A stretch of DNA of 63,843 nt, filler included, from Reclinomonas americana ATCC 50394 (lineage: Eukaryota): NCBI GenBank assembly GCA_048213135.1. It is 6 parts of 5 records of this genome, joined end to end, with 100 filler letters (N's around TTAATTAATTAA, not from the genome) between each part and the next. Parts side by side here need not be neighbours in the genome. Positions count along the whole stretch, not along the records: positions 1 to 19,062 come from PS015433.1; 5 more parts are not named here. One strand, 5' to 3'. Position numbers and translations under genes: made by a program. Shown in pieces: positions 1 to 13,406 of the stretch (position 1 is the first letter of the stretch; each line of letters opens with the position of its first letter). Below the pieces are notes generated by a model. The model did no database searches, was not told the origin of the DNA, and worked only from the letters and a program-made list of their open reading frames with translations.

Positions 1-759
1 CTTGCACGCTGCCACACACACTCTGACGCAACTCGCCAACCACCACATGCTCGCCATCGTCCATCCACGCCACCGCATTGACAGACACCGCCTCGGCCAC
101 CACCGCACACGCCGGCACCAGCACCATCAGGCACACAGGACCGGTCACCGGCACCGTCGGCATCACCACCAGCGACGACGCAAACGAGTCGCCAAACGAC
201 GACATGGACGAGGACTCTGGGCGCCCCTGCTGCCGATGCCGCTTGGACGACGACGACGACGACAACGCCGACGCACTGTGCGCTCCAACCTTTACCGGCT
301 GCAGATCCCAGATGAGCACCGATCCATTGTGACTCGTCTGTCGCACGCGGTAACCGTGAGGCCCACAGCACAGAATCGACAACACGACAACACGGAAGCG
401 CAACAGTGGCCACATATCGATGATCGACTGGACTGAACGCCTGCATGCATGCAGTATCATCATCACAACAATCATCAATGCATGCACTCTCTCTCTCACT
501 CACACTTACGTACCACACACATGACCATATGCCTGCGCTCCATGGTCTTCTCCCACTGTCGCTGCTGCTGCGGAGTCGGCGGCCACGCAGGCAACACCTC
601 GGGTGCCTCTTGCACCCCTCCAATGCCACTCATACGCATCTCACACACATACTTGGCGTACTCCACAGTCGACAGCGATGGAACGGGGCCCTGTGTGCTG
701 GGCACATGCAACACACTGCCCACAGCAGCTGCAGAGAACGATGCCTGCTCACTGTTCAT
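1..759 (-). CDS. WD40-repeat protein, 5' part (continues off the window start; start codon uncertain, ATG 759 or 804)
   Basis: Splicing at GT..AG sites gives RRHMVMCV|AFSPVDHRYVAT|TSHNGSVLIWDLQP, a typical WD40 repeat. Further on is SVNAVAWMDDGEHVVVG, the start of another repeat. Confidence 0.7.
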
Positions 760-824
760 CAGTGAGAGAGTGAGTGAGTGAGTTGTTGACGGTTTGTCCT
801 TCATCAAAGTGCCACTTTGCATAC

Positions 825-3800
825 ATGAAGCGCGGGCGTGGTCCATCGTTGCGTGTGTGAGTGAGAGAGAGTGTGTGTGAGCAGTGCTTGTCTCACTCTG
901 TCTGTGTGTCTCTGACAGTGATGATGGAGGAGGAGGCGGGGCGAGTGCAAGCAAGAAGCGCATGCATGCAACGCGACGAGTTGCGCGCCTGCTCTCTCTC
1001 TCTCTCTGTCTGTGAGAGTGTCTTGTTCACATGTGCACGTTGCAGGCGTCTCCAGTGAGCGTCATTGTGGAGAGCGTGGATGCGGTGGAGAGGAGAGCGG
1101 TCAGTGTGAGCAGAGACTTCTCTGTCAGTGTGTGAGTGCTGAGTGTGTGCGCAGGCGCTAGTGTCTCTGTCGCGTGCGCTGGCTGGGAGTGAGCCACTGG
1201 CAGTGCGCGATTCGCAGACTGCACTGCTGGAGGTGTTTCGCTCTCCGCGGTACCCGCGAGAACGAGTTGCGCGCACATGTGCATGCTGTCTTATCTGTCT
1301 CTCACTCATTGCTGTGTGTGGTCTTGTGTGCAGCTGCTGGCAGTGCAGGCGCTGCGACTGGTGATGCGGTCGCCGTTTGCGCGGCCAATGGAGGTGCTGC
1401 CGGTGCTCATTGAAGAGGTACTTTCATTGCCTGCTGATGTTTTGCTGGGGAGCGACTGCTGAGACCACCTCCATGTGCAGTTCGAGGGCAACGACGACAG
1501 CGACGACTGTGAGGATGTGCGCGAGGAGCTGGCCGACTTGTTCTGTGGATTGTCGCGTGTGCGGTCGTCGGCCTTGTTTCGTCGTGCGCTGGCCGAGGTC
1601 GCCCTGTTGCATGCTGCACGTGGCGGACCGCGATTGCGACAATTGTGTCTGCGCTTGCTGGCGATCACGGCTGCACCGCCGACGGCCAGTGTTGTCAGTG
1701 CGACGGATCGGGGCTCGCCGGTGGATGCGCGGGCGGCGAACATTGTGTCGGTGGTGGCCAGCTTCATTCGCGATGCGGATCCGCGAGTCCGTGCTGTTTC
1801 GTCGCACGCTCTCCTTCGCGATAGTGTGGTGTTGTCGTAGCCCTTGAATACTGAGCGCGTACGTGTGCAGGCGTGCATCGACTGCCTGTTGTGTCTGCAC
1901 CGGCGGCACCTGCAATTGCCCATCGAGTTGCTGTCGGTGGCCGAGTTGGGCATGAAGGACGACTCGCCGGATGTGCGGTCGCGAGTCGTGCTGCTTGTCT
2001 GGTGTGTGTTTGGTGCAATGGAGGTGTTTATCAAGAGGCGGCGTGGCTTACGCGTTGTCGATTCACAGGCTGCTGGGCAATCTCACGCCACTGCATACGG
2101 TCATGGCGGAGCAGTCGGTGGCTCCCGAGTTGCTTGTCGACTATGCATTCACTCGTATTTGCAGCATGATTTCCGATCAGGATCACCACGTGCGGGCGCG
2201 AGTTGCGTAGTGTGGGGGGCTTTGCTTTGTCGACAGTCGCTCCGTTGTCTCACTGGCCAATCGTCAGGCATGTGGACTGCTCGGCACCATGCACAATGTC
2301 AGCGCCAGCAAGTTGGACGAGACCCTGGGCAAGGAGTTCACCGATGGCATGGCTCGCCCACAGGAAGCCGTCCGCATCGATGCACCAACAGCAGGCGCCG
2401 CCGGCTCGTCCGGATCGCTGCCCTCGTCGTCTTCGCAGTCGTCCCTGCTCGCCGCACCTGGTTCTGCCTCGCACGGCGATGGACAAGCATCTCGATCCAC
2501 TTCGATGATGGCCCTGAGGTGAGGTGTTCTTGTTATATCTGTGCGCCTGTGTGCGTTTTCCAACCCATGCATGGTGCTGGCAGCCGTGTCCCGGATGTGG
2601 ATCTGCGGCCTGCCAGAGGGTCACGAGAGGCACGTGCCGGTCCTCGATTCTTTGCCGATGCTGCCGGCGCAGTGGGTGCGTTCGTCACTGCTCTCGAAGA
2701 CGAACACATGGAAGTGCGCATGGCTGCGATTGGTGAGTGTGGTGACAAAGATCGATGAACACGAAAGTGTGCATTTGACTCACACGCTTCACTGAGGCAG
2801 ACAGCATGTGTGAGCTGGGCATTCGGAATGCGGATTTCTGTCAGTCGGCCATGGACTACCTTGTCGGTTCGTTGTCGTCCTTATTCCTCGCGCCACAGAT
2901 GGGTGTGTATCGCTGACTACAAGTACACCAGACATGTTCAACGACGAGATCGATCGGGTGCGCATCAACGCGTTGTTCTCCGTCGGCAAAATCGGCACGC
3001 GCGGCCGCCTCTCCGTGCAGCAGGTGATCTGTCTCTCCTCGACAGATTGTGATCGCCAACTTTGCCACCGCTCACTCTTCACCAATGCAGGTGCAAGGCA
3101 TCTTGTTCCTCCTCAAGGATCGATCGGCCAGGGTGCGAGCGGCAGCGCGGCATTTGCTCTCGTCGGTGCAGGTGCCGTCGACGCAGAGTTTGCAGTCCGT
3201 CTTTGATGCGCTGGTGGTGCACTTGCGCCAGCACGCGGAAGATGCGTCGGGTGTTCGCGACTGTTTCTTCAAGTTGCGTTCGCCACCATCATGCGTTCTC
3301 CTCTGTCTTGTCCTCATGCGTGCTTGTGACGCTCAGTCTGGGCGCAAATCAGCCACACCTGCTGGAGATTCTCACACAAGACCTGCTGCACTTGCAGCCG
3401 CACATGACGAACCGCGAAACCAACATGACGGATCAAGGCTACGTGTGTGTCCTCATCGCCATGTTTGCGGCCGCCTTGCGCAACCACCGCATCCTGTCGG
3501 TGCTGCCGTTTTACGTGCTGGACCATTTTCGGTACGCGGCGCAGCTGCATCCACAGCACTTTTCACGCCTCGGCGAAGTTCTCTCGGCAGTCGCCAACCA
3601 GCGGCAAGCAGAGTCGGGTGTGTGTGCACAAAATCTGCGCCGAGCACTCTTTATGCACATTTGTTAATGACATTCGTGCAGGCGAAGCTGCGCTTGAGTC
3701 GCCCGCCGTGATGCAGGTGGACGAGTCGGGAATGTTGGAGCAGGTGCTGGCCGAGATCCCCGCGTTGCTGCATCGGCGTGAATTCGGTCACTGTCGTCGC

Positions 3801-5369
3801 ATTCTGCTCGGTTGTACACGGTGAGGGAGTGACTGTGCGTTGCGGTTGCCGTGACAACGAAGCTCACCGCTCGCGCAGTGTGGCGACGAGTCAGTCGGAG
3901 GAGCGTGGCGGTGTGTCGCAGGAATGGGTGCAGATCGTGTCCTCGTTTGTGGAGGTGAGTGTGCGCGACGAACGCGCAGGAGTCCAGCTGTGGAACTCAC
4001 CTGCGCCGGTGCACAGATATTTGCGTCGTTTGTTTCCATGTGGGATCCACGATCGACAACGTCCATGCGACGATCGCTGGTCGCCATCACCGGCGCCGGC
4101 TCCAGCAACCTGCGCAACGAGGCCGCACAGCTGGCCTCCCAATGCGAACACCTGCTGACGCTGCTCGACTCGCTGCGACACAGGCTGGAGGGCAGTGGCG
4201 ATGTCGTGCGGGAACGAATGTGGGAGATCCGACTGTTTGTTTTCGCCGTACACGTGCTCTGCCAGCATCGAGCGTCGACGCAGGTACGACGACCCTATAT
4301 GCAAGTGTGATGCACAAGAGAGTACGCATTCAGCCTCTTCACCGCAGGCGGCCTCCTCGCACGTCGCCGACAAGGATGTGTTCAGTCAGGTGGTGACCCT
4401 CGATCTTCTCACGAATGGTGGTGTCGGCGGATCGGTGTTGGCGCGTGAGATCCACTCTTGCATTCTCGCGAGTGGCGAGGCCGACGCGAACCGACTCTTC
4501 CACGCCATGCCGGCGCTGCTCCTGGCCAATGTGCCGCCGGTGACGTTGCCGAGCGAGAGTAGCATGCATCTCATTTCGGGTCGCATCACGCATCCGGCCG
4601 AGAACTCGTCGACAACCACAACCACAACAACATCGGCATCGTCGGCAGCCGATGTCGACATGCTGGAGTCGATGGTGGAGCGACAGGGAGTGTTTGCCGG
4701 CGCCGTCACCGTGGCAGTGGCCACACCGCTCCTGCCGCACATGTTGGACGTGCGCGGCGTGGTGCGTGCGAGGTCGACCAGGTCGATTGTGCTTCAGGTA
4801 CGAAGGGGGAGGCAGAGGGAGAGGGAGAGAGGGAGAAGGAGAGGGAGAGAGGGAGAGGGAGGCGAGGGAGAGGGATAGGGAGAGGAAAGGAGAAGGGAAA
4901 AGAGAGAGGGGGAAGGGAGAGAGAGAGAGTCATCAACAAGACGGAGAGACCAGAGAGGGAAAACGAGAGAGTTTGCGATGGAGGGAGGGATACAAAGAGG
5001 GGGCGCAAGGGAGGGGTGAGGATTGCGGGAAAGAGAGTGCGTATGTGTCTGAAAGAGAGACCTTTCGCGCTGGAGGGAGAGAGAGGGAGACTGCAAGCGT
5101 TGCCCTCGGCCATAAGCCTGTTTTGTTCGTGACTCACTCCTTTGCCTCGTCGGCAGGTGGTGCACCCGGCGGGTAACACGGACGAGTTTCCGCTGCGCGA
5201 GGACGAGTGCGTACCGCTGGCGGCCAACATGTACTCCTTTGCCACGCAGATTGCGCTGTGGTTGCCCACACTCGGTGGCGCCACGCTGGTGCGGCTACGA
5301 CTGGCGGTGCGAGATCCCACGCTGGCGATATCGAGCGACGTGCGGCTACGAGTGGAGCGCGCACCGTGA
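825..5369 (+). CDS. INTS4: Integrator complex subunit 4 (HEAT repeats), multi-exon; start at ATG 825 (MKRGRGPS|DDGG..) or 962
   Basis: Spliced peptide GAVGAFVTALEDEHMEVRMAAI|DSMCELGIRNADFCQSAMDYLV|DMFNDEIDRVRINALFSVGKI matches the INTS4 signature (GAFVHGLEDE..EVRIAA..DFLVDMFNDEIEEVR). HEAT-type DADPRVR and DDSPDVR motifs are present. Stop TGA 5367-5369. Confidence 0.9.
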
Positions 5370-5449
5370 CACACAGTGAAAAGCAATGGAGTATCGCATT
5401 CGCTGTGTTTCATGACTTGAGTTCTCCGCCTCCCCCTCCCCCCCTCTAC

Positions 5450-7420
5450 TCACAAGACTAGTGTAGAACTACTGGCCGAGGCCGCGAGTGTTGACGGCGG
5501 GTCCGTACCGCAGCACGCCTGCAGCACACGGATCCATTCGTTGCGGTCCTCGTCTGAGTCGCAGATGAATTGGTAGCGCGAGGAGCCGGGTACGGTGATC
5601 TGGAAAAGAAGGGGAGGGAGGTGAGGAAGTGGAAGGGAGGAAGGGAAAGGGAAGGGAAATTCGACAGGGACAGAGATCTCTGACTAGGGAATGAGAGGGA
5701 CACTGAAAGAGATCGTGACACAGTACTCTGGGAATGGGAGAGACCGCCATCGCTGCTGCGCGAGAGGGACAACAAGAGAGATTGCGTAAGGCACAGCAAT
5801 CTGGGAAAGGGAGAGAAAACCGTTGCTGTGGGAACAGAAGGACGGGAAGATCTTGACACAAAAGTCCTCTGGGAAACGAAGAGACCGCCATTGCCGAACA
5901 ACGGGAGAGACACAGAGGATATTGATAAGGTGCGATGACACAGAACTCTTGGAATGGGAGAGATCGCCATTTCTGCTGCTTCTGCTGCAACGAGGGGGAC
6001 TCCAAAAGCGATTGCCGTCTAGTTCTCTTGAAAAGGAGAGAAGAACTGTCGTTGTTGCAGCGAGCGGAACACCAAGAGAGATTGCACAAGACACTCTGGA
6101 TAAGGGAGAGACTGCCGTCGGCGTTGCTACAGAGGGACATAGAAAGAGATTGCAGTACTCTGGGAAAAGACGAGACTGCCATCGCCGGTACAACGAGAGA
6201 CACAAAGAAGGCATCGATAAAGTGCGGAGACACAGTAATCTGGGAGACGGAACGAAAGAGACACGCACTCAGAGACAGGAAGAGAGAGACAGAGATGAAC
6301 AGCCTTGTCCTGTAATCTCTGGCCACCAACTCACATCAAAACCGAATGGACATTGTGGATGTGAAGCCGGTGCGACGACTGCACCGCGCAGTGGAACGTT
6401 GAAATCAGGTCCCCACGGCTGTCCTCCCCGTATCAGCGATTATCAACACAGATGCGCATACGATGATCACATGCAACGCCGACGTAACGTGAAACGACAC
6501 ATCGTCGGGCACGCTGCTCTTGGTCAGCTCAATAAACGGAAAAATGACGGGTCGCTGATTCGTCGCCTCTGCGGCTGCTTCTGCGGGGGGAGCCGGGGCA
6601 GCCGCAGAGGCGGTGGCGTCATCGTCGGGCATTATTCTCGCCTTCGTCATTTCGCGTGGCTGTGCCCACTTGCCGTCGCCAGCCGCCGCCGTGCCTTCGG
6701 CTTGCGGCGATGTGGTTCCCGAGTCGTGCGGCGAGCCGGGGTTCGCAGCATATCGTGACACAGAGTTGATGGCATCGATCCACTGCTGCCGGTCGAGATC
6801 ATTGTCGGCCGAGGCGAGGTACACATTGCGCTTGGCCTGTGCACACCAGAGTGAGAAGACGGTGTGCGGTAGAGGCTATGCTGGGCACACACACCTTGGA
6901 GTGGCGGGTGGTGATGGTGAAACAAAAGGGCGCCTCACGCGTGCGCGGGGCCTCGGCGGCCACCGCATCCTTGAGCGGAATCTGGCCTTGCGGTGCCCAA
7001 TCCTGCAACGAGGCAACCGTGTGTGTGTGTGAGAGAGAGAGAGGAGAGGTACACACAAAACGAGACACGCGCAACTCCTGCACTGCGATAGTATTGCAAG
7101 AAGCGCACAGTGAGCGCAAAGTACCGCCGCTTCCAGTTCTTGACAATCGCGCCCTGCTTCGTCAACCACCCCGAGTGAATCAGATCCTCGCGGCCGAGCA
7201 GCTCAAAGCACCCAGGCTGCGCAGAACAGAGACAGTGAGGAAGGAGAAGGAGACTGACGAGGTCTTGCACAGAAGGAGGGAACCTTTTCGACTTGGAACA
7301 CAAAGAGGAACCACGACTCGTCCTCGCGATTGACAATGAGATAGCGTGATCGCCAGGCCGGAAAAATGCCGCGCGTGCGGAAGCGACACACACCAGCGCG
7401 GGAGGCGCCGAGGAGGTACA
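5450..7420 (-). CDS. Tandem PH-domain protein (5' end uncertain, may extend to ~8006)
   Basis: First PH domain: HSGWLTKQGAIVKNWKRRYFAL..PQGQIPL..FCFTITT..YLASADNDLDRQQWIDAINSV. Second, degenerate PH domain: VPLRGAVV..CPFGFD|ITVPGSSRYQFICDSDEDRNEWIRVLQ, across a 735-nt intron at 5600-6334. Stop TGA 5452-5450. Confidence 0.85.
5719..6255. repeat. Degenerate intronic minisatellite, ~7 copies of CACAGTACTCTGGGAA(T/A)GGGAGAGACYGCCATCG
   Basis: Motif copies near 5719, 5792, 5857, 5939, 6085, 6152 and 6231, inside the PH gene intron. Confidence 0.75.
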
Positions 7421-7568
7421 CGGAGGAGGGCTGTGGAGAAGGGGAAGGAGAAGGAGAAGGGGAAGGAGAAGGGGAAGGGGAAGGAGAGGGGAGAAAGGAG
7501 AAGGGAGGGAAAGAGGGAATGAAGGGCGGAGGCACAGAGGCAAGGAGAGAAGGAAGAAGAGGTCAAGT

Positions 7569-7608
<40 letters not shown>

Positions 7609-8751
7609 CGAGGAGACGAGGAGGAGCGAGGAGCGAGGAGCGAGGAGGAGGAGGAGGAGGAGGAGAAGGAGGAGGAGGAGGAAGGAGGTGAGAAAGAGAG
7701 AGAGAGAGACAAGAGAGAGGAGCAGGAGAGAAACAAAAGAAGGAATGTAGGTAGAGAGAGAGAGAGAGAAGATAAGAGAAGAGAGACAGACAGGGTGCGA
7801 TCAATCAGTGAGGATACAGATGCATGTGAGGGATTCACACTTGCGAGTTCGTTTACCTTGAGAAATGCGCTGACATCCACTGCACCACTGTGTATGTGTG
7901 TAAAAGAGAGTGTGAGAGAGAGAGTGAGGAGTGTGCAGAGTGTGTGCTTGTTTTTTCGCAACTCTGGTGCTGCTTGTGCGCTGTTTGAGCCTGATGCGGC
8001 ACTCATGATTGCTTGTCTTCACACAGCAAGAGTGCTCACACACTAAGCTGCGCGCAAAGACTGTGTGAGAGTTTGTTTTTTGGACAGTCAGTCAGTGACC
8101 AACTTCGAGACTGTGCCTGTGTGCGGTGGAGACAGTGAGTGGTGTGTGAACAAGAGTGGTTGTACGCCTCAGTGTGTGTGTGTGTGTGTGTGTGTGCGGT
8201 TGAGTTGTGGCGAGTGGTGAGGAGAGCATGCATTCAAAAGATCATGCAGTATCAACGTCGCAGTCTTATTTCTTTGAGATTTGCTGCCGTGCTGGCATTG
8301 GCAATCATGCAGCATGCATACGGGTAGCTTGCTGCATCGTGCTTGACGACCCAGCAGCTCGACAGAACGCTTGTACGAGTTGCGAAATATCGAACCGTGT
8401 CCTGCACGCATTCCTGGCCCACCTCCCACCGTTTTTGCATCGCCATACCGCGAGAAGGCTATAAGTGATACCATCAGTGCACATGCGCAAGAGAGAATCG
8501 TTCCAAGAAGCCAGCAAACAAGCGTGTCCTGCACGTTCGGAAATTCAAATGCAGAGTCTCTGGCGACCTCCCGAGCGCGCGCTCTCCTTGCTGCTGCATT
8601 GCATCATTCGCGTGCAGAGCAGAGAAGACGGGGACGCAAGACAAGAGAGCAAAAAACCACGACGTCGACAATGGAGTGGTTCGAAATTTCACGGATTACT
8701 CCGACGCACTCTCTCACAAACACTCTCCTCACACACACGCGCGCGAATCAC

Positions 8752-10724
8752 ATGTCAACACAAGAGCTAAAGAGCGGTGAGTGCACACACGCACATAGTC
8801 TCGCCTTTCGTGTGCGTGCTTGACGATCTCTTGCGCGCGACATGACGCACACTCTCTTGCTCTCTTTCTCTCTTTGTGTGTGCGTGTGAGAGAGAGACAG
8901 ACACATGCTCACACACACACATGTGCGCAGGATGGGTGGAAAAGCAAGGCGGAATCATCAAGAGCTGGAAGAAGCGATATGTCGTGGTCTCGCGAGATAT
9001 GGTGTGTGTCTCTCTCACACTCTCACATACACACACACACTCTTTCTCTGTCACTCACCTCGTCTCTTCACAGGTCTCATATTACACATCGGAGCAGGTG
9101 CATTGATGATGACTGAATGATATTTGGTCGTGCTTTCCTCTTGTATGTGTGTGCTTGTGCTTGTGTGCGTGTGCTCATTCGCGCATGTGCGTGTGTGTGT
9201 ATGTGTGGTGTGTGAGTTGAGAGAGAAGTGACAGAGAAGGCGGTGTCTGCTACTGTCCGCCTCTCTTCTCACATGTGAACAAGCAGTCGATGTGTGTTCT
9301 GCGCGGGCTCTCTCTCTTTCACACGTACTCTGGTGTGTCTCTTGCACGTCCTCTTCTTCTGCCTTGAGTGTGTCGTCATGTCGCAGTTCATGCTCTTGTG
9401 CAACTCACGTGTGTTCATGATGTGTCTTGCGTTCTTCTCCCTTTCGCTCGTGTGCCCTTTTCTCACATCCACTCCTCTGCGTATCCTCTCGGGAGTACTC
9501 TGCTGATCTCGTGCTTACACACTGCCCTCATGCGCTTTGAGTTGTGTTCATTTTGGTCTGCTGTGTGTTTCGTGCGTTTCCTCTCTCCCGCTTGTTGTAT
9601 GCTCTCCTCTAACACATCCATTCGACTGTGTCTCCTCTCGGAGTGCGCTCTGTTGTTTGCATACGCGCTTTCGCTCGCAGAGTTGCATTCTCTTGCGTTC
9701 GTTCTGTTCCACTGCACTTTCCGCGTCCTCTAATCTGCTTGTCGGAGTGCATGCGCTCTCGTGCTCGGAGTGTGCTCTGTTGTTTGCATGCGCTCTTTCG
9801 CTCGCAGAGTTGCATTCTCTTGCGTTCGTTCTGTTCCACTGCACTTTCCGCGTTTCCGTTTGTAATGTGCTCTCTCATCTGCTTGTCTGAGTGCATGTGC
9901 TCTCGTGCTCGGAGTGTCGCATTTAGCGTGTGCATGCTCTGCTTCATCGTTGTGTGTCTCGCGCATTCTTCAACTCTTCCGCTCGCAGTGTGCACTCCTC
10001 TCAAGTCCACTCTTCTGCGTATCATCTCGAAGTGTGCCTTGTTGTTTACATGCACATGCCCGCGTTTCCGATTGTGTGTCTCGTGCGTTTTCCTCTCTTC
10101 CGCTCGTAGTGTGCTCTCTTCTCACGTCCACATCCCCTCGGAGCGTGCTTTGTTGTTTACATGCACTTGCACACTCCTGCAGAGTGTGACGTCGCGCGCA
10201 CCTCTTTCGGTTTTCTGTCTGCCTTCTTCATCCATCCCCCTTCTCATTATTCCGCTCACCCCCCACAGCGATCCAAGAAGAAGGGCGTCTTCGCGGTGCG
10301 TTCGATCAGCAAGGTGGAGGAGCGACCGGCCATTAGCAACCATGAAAACGTCATTGCACTGGTCACCGACAAGCGAACGTACTTGTTCTCGTTTGCGTCG
10401 CCGGACCAACGCGACGACTGGTTCCTCTTTTTCCAGGAGCTCATTGACAGATCATCGATGGTTTGTTGGTCACTGGCGATATAGAGAGAGATGAGGCAGT
10501 CATATTCACTTCCTCTCTCTCTCTCTCTCTTTCGCCTCCCGCTCTGCAGAAGAGCCGCTTCGAGGAGGAAATCTCACGCGAGGCCACACGAGCACTCATT
10601 CGGCTGGAGGAGACACCAGAGTTGCGAGTGGCACAAAAGGCCATGGAGGCACAGATGCCGGAGGATCCCGACAAGGCCGTCTCTTTTACCGACTCGATTG
10701 ACAATCCGCTTGCTCGTGAACTCG
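8752..10724 (+). CDS. PH-domain protein (3' end not resolved)
   Basis: MSTQELKS|GWVEKQGGIIKSWKKRYVVVSRDM|VSYYTSEQ|RSKKKGVFAVRSISKVE..IALVTDKRTYLFSFASPDQRDDWFLFFQELI is a complete PH fold across four exons, including a ~1.2 kb intron. Confidence 0.85.
9638..9917. repeat. Intronic tandem duplication, ~128-145 bp unit x2
   Basis: TTTCGCTCGCAGAGTTGCATTCTCTTGCGTTCGTTCTGTTCCACTGCACTTTCCGCGT occurs at ~9669 and ~9796, with similar flanks. Confidence 0.85.
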
Positions 10725-11139
10725 GTGAGTGACGGCCCGTCGCGAGAGAGAGAGAGAGAGTGTGTGTGTGTGTATGCGAGTGTGCGTGTATGCGAGTGTG
10801 CGTGTGAAGAATTGCACCTGTGGCATCGTGTGCGTGCGAGTGTGTATGTGTGCGTGAGTGTGTGAAGTAGTAGCGCGGTGGCGCTTCGTGCGTGTGTTCT
10901 TGTAGATGTTCGGTCGTATGCTTCTATGTGTGTGTATGTGTGTGCGTGTGAGTGTGTGGAGAATAAGAGCGGTGGCGCTTTGTTGGCGTGTTTGTGCATT
11001 TGTGTATTTGTGTTTTTGTGTATGCACTTATGTCTGTGGTGCGTGCGGTGTGCGTGTGGAGAGAGAGAGAGAGAGAGAGAGAGAGCACGCCTTGCTTGTC
11101 GTTTCCTTACTCTCTTCTANNNNNNNNNNNNNNNNNNNN

Positions 11140-13152
11140 CAGCCGAGTCGGTGTCTTGTCTGTTTCACGCGGCCGCCGTGGTTTCTCGTCGGATCCCAGC
11201 GTACGCGGGTCGATGCGAGGCAAGCGACTCGGCGAGGAACCATCTGCCACCGCGCCACCGCCAGCGCCGCCGTCATTCGCCTCCAGGAATCCGTTGTGAT
11301 TCTTCTGTGAACACACAGAAAGAGAAAGAGTTCAGCGACGTGTCGCGCGAAGCACAACAACAACAACAACAACAACAGCACCTTTTGCAGTCTATCGTAC
11401 GCCGTCTGGTATCGCGCACGAACACGGGCAGACGTCGGTTCCGATGGCGACACTAATGGTCGCGAACCTCGCTCCTCGTCATTGACCGCATCCGCCGCGC
11501 TCTCGTCACCAGCACCTGCTCCCGCACCCGCACCAGGCACTCGCCGTGGTCGCTGTACAAATGGAGAAGGGAGAGGGGAAAACGTGAGCACCACCAAAAA
11601 CACAAGATACGTAATGACGCGTTCTCATCGACACCTTTTCTGGACTTCTGCTATGTCCCGTCGTTCGCGTCGGCTCTGCACTCGCCACTCGTGCCTTGCG
11701 CTGCTTCTTGCGAGCCGGCGCGGCTCGTGCTCCGGCTGTCGCGGTCGACGCACCACCACCACCGCCGCTCACCACTGTCGTCGTGTCGGTCACCACAATT
11801 CCCATGCGCTGATTCTGCGTCTCCATCTCGCGAATGAGCGCGTCCACTCGATGCACCATGCTCTGAATGGCGTGCTTCTTGTGGCGCATCTCCACCAGCG
11901 TCTCCTCCAGTGAATCCTTGACCGATGTACTCTCATCTTGCGTCTGTTGCAGCTTGCGCCGCAAATGCTCGCACTGCTCCTTCAACGACTGCGCATTCAC
12001 CGTCACCTGCTGCTCCTTGTGCTTGCGCGATTCAATCTCCGCGCGCAGCGTCTCGCAGTCCTTCTCGTGCTGCTTCTGCATGTTGCTGTATTCGATAATC
12101 TTGCGTTCCAGCGTCTCCACGTCCAGCATTTTGGCCGCCAGCGTGTGCTGCGCCTTGCCGCTGCGCACACAAGCACAGGTAAGTCACCAGCAGCAGCAGC
12201 AGCAGCAAAGATGAGCGAGGCTGACGACATGGACGTACCGATTCGCCGCACTCAGCGCATTCTCCTTCTCCATGCGTTGCAAAAGGCGCTCCTTCAGCTT
12301 CAGTGCCCGATCAAACGCCGATAATCTGCTCCCATTACCATCAGCACATGATAACAATAACATCCCCCAACGGGTGTGCGTGCACATGTGACCACATGCC
12401 TGTGTCGTGCGCCCTTGTACCGATCCTCCACCGAGCGATGCTTCACCAGCAAGTCCTCGTACTTGTCACGCCACTGACCAGCGCTATCCTCGGCCTCGCC
12501 CAACTGCCCCGCCAGCTCCTGCAACGCCTGCTCCATTTGCACCAGCGCATCGTCGTGTTCCCGATTCGATCGCTCCAGCTCCTCTTCCAGCTTATCCAGC
12601 ATCTCTTGCTGCGCGATGAACGATCGTCGGTCGGACAAGTCACTTTGCTGCTGATTGACAATCGACACAAACCATCGATTGCCTCTCGGCCTCCAGCAGG
12701 CGACGCAATTGACCGGCCTCGTCCTCCAGCCGCATCGCCCACTGCTCCTGCATGCGACGCATCTTGCGCACCTCGCGCGGAGTGCGTTGCTGCCCTCCAT
12801 CGTTGCCCGCAGATGTCCCATTGGCCGAATTGGATACCTCACTATTGCGTGGAGGATCGGAGTTGAGAGAGAGAGAGAGGGAGGGAGGGGAGTGTGCGAG
12901 GGAGAGTGAGACGCAACATCATCTTGAGCTCGCGTCGCAGGGCATTGCGCTGCTTCGCTCCTCGGTCGACGAGATCATGAGCACCGACAAAGCGTTCCAG
13001 TGCACTATACCCGCACACAGAGAGAGAGAGAGAGAGAGACAGACAGAGAGGAGAGAGAGAGAGTGAGCAACTGTGTCTGATAGAGCAGAGAAAAGTGAAT
13101 CTGACGGTTCACCGATCAATCTCGTCGCCTTTTGCCACGGCGACTGGCTCAT
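11140..13152 (-). CDS. Coiled-coil protein of unknown family, multi-exon
   Basis: Exons encode heptad-rich segments (QQEMLDKLEEELERSNREHDDALVQMEQALQELAGQLGEAE; KMLDVETLERKIIEYSNMQKQHEKDCETLRAEIE) bounded by GT..AG introns. Both ends are approximate. Confidence 0.6.
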
Positions 13153-13406
13153 CGCTCATCTTGTGTGCAATGAACGGACTGACTCGTTGCTGACACTGAA
13201 AGGCCTCAGCACAAACGCAGGATAACACAACAACACGATGGGGCGTTGTTAATGACTCATGTCATGTCGGTTGTCCGAGGGACAGATGAAATGTCCCTTT
13301 TCCCGATCCCGAGACGGAGCTCTCAGGGAAAGCGCATTGTTTCCCTCCTCCGCCACCGCTGCTGCAGCTGCTTGGCGCCGATTACTGGCTTATTCTTTGC
13401 CTCTTC

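Noticed and set aside
5719..6255. CRISPR array
   Set aside because: The repeats are too degenerate, the spacing is irregular, the context is a eukaryotic intron, and there are no cas genes.
7366..8046. Long ORFs made of ER/LS/HT/CV dipeptides here and elsewhere (e.g. 4800-5150, 35640-35870)
   Set aside because: These are translations of GA/CA microsatellites and purine tracts in introns or UTRs.
8169..8700. Short ORFs or an ncRNA between the two PH genes
   Set aside because: There are no recognisable motifs or splice pattern, so it was left as intergenic.
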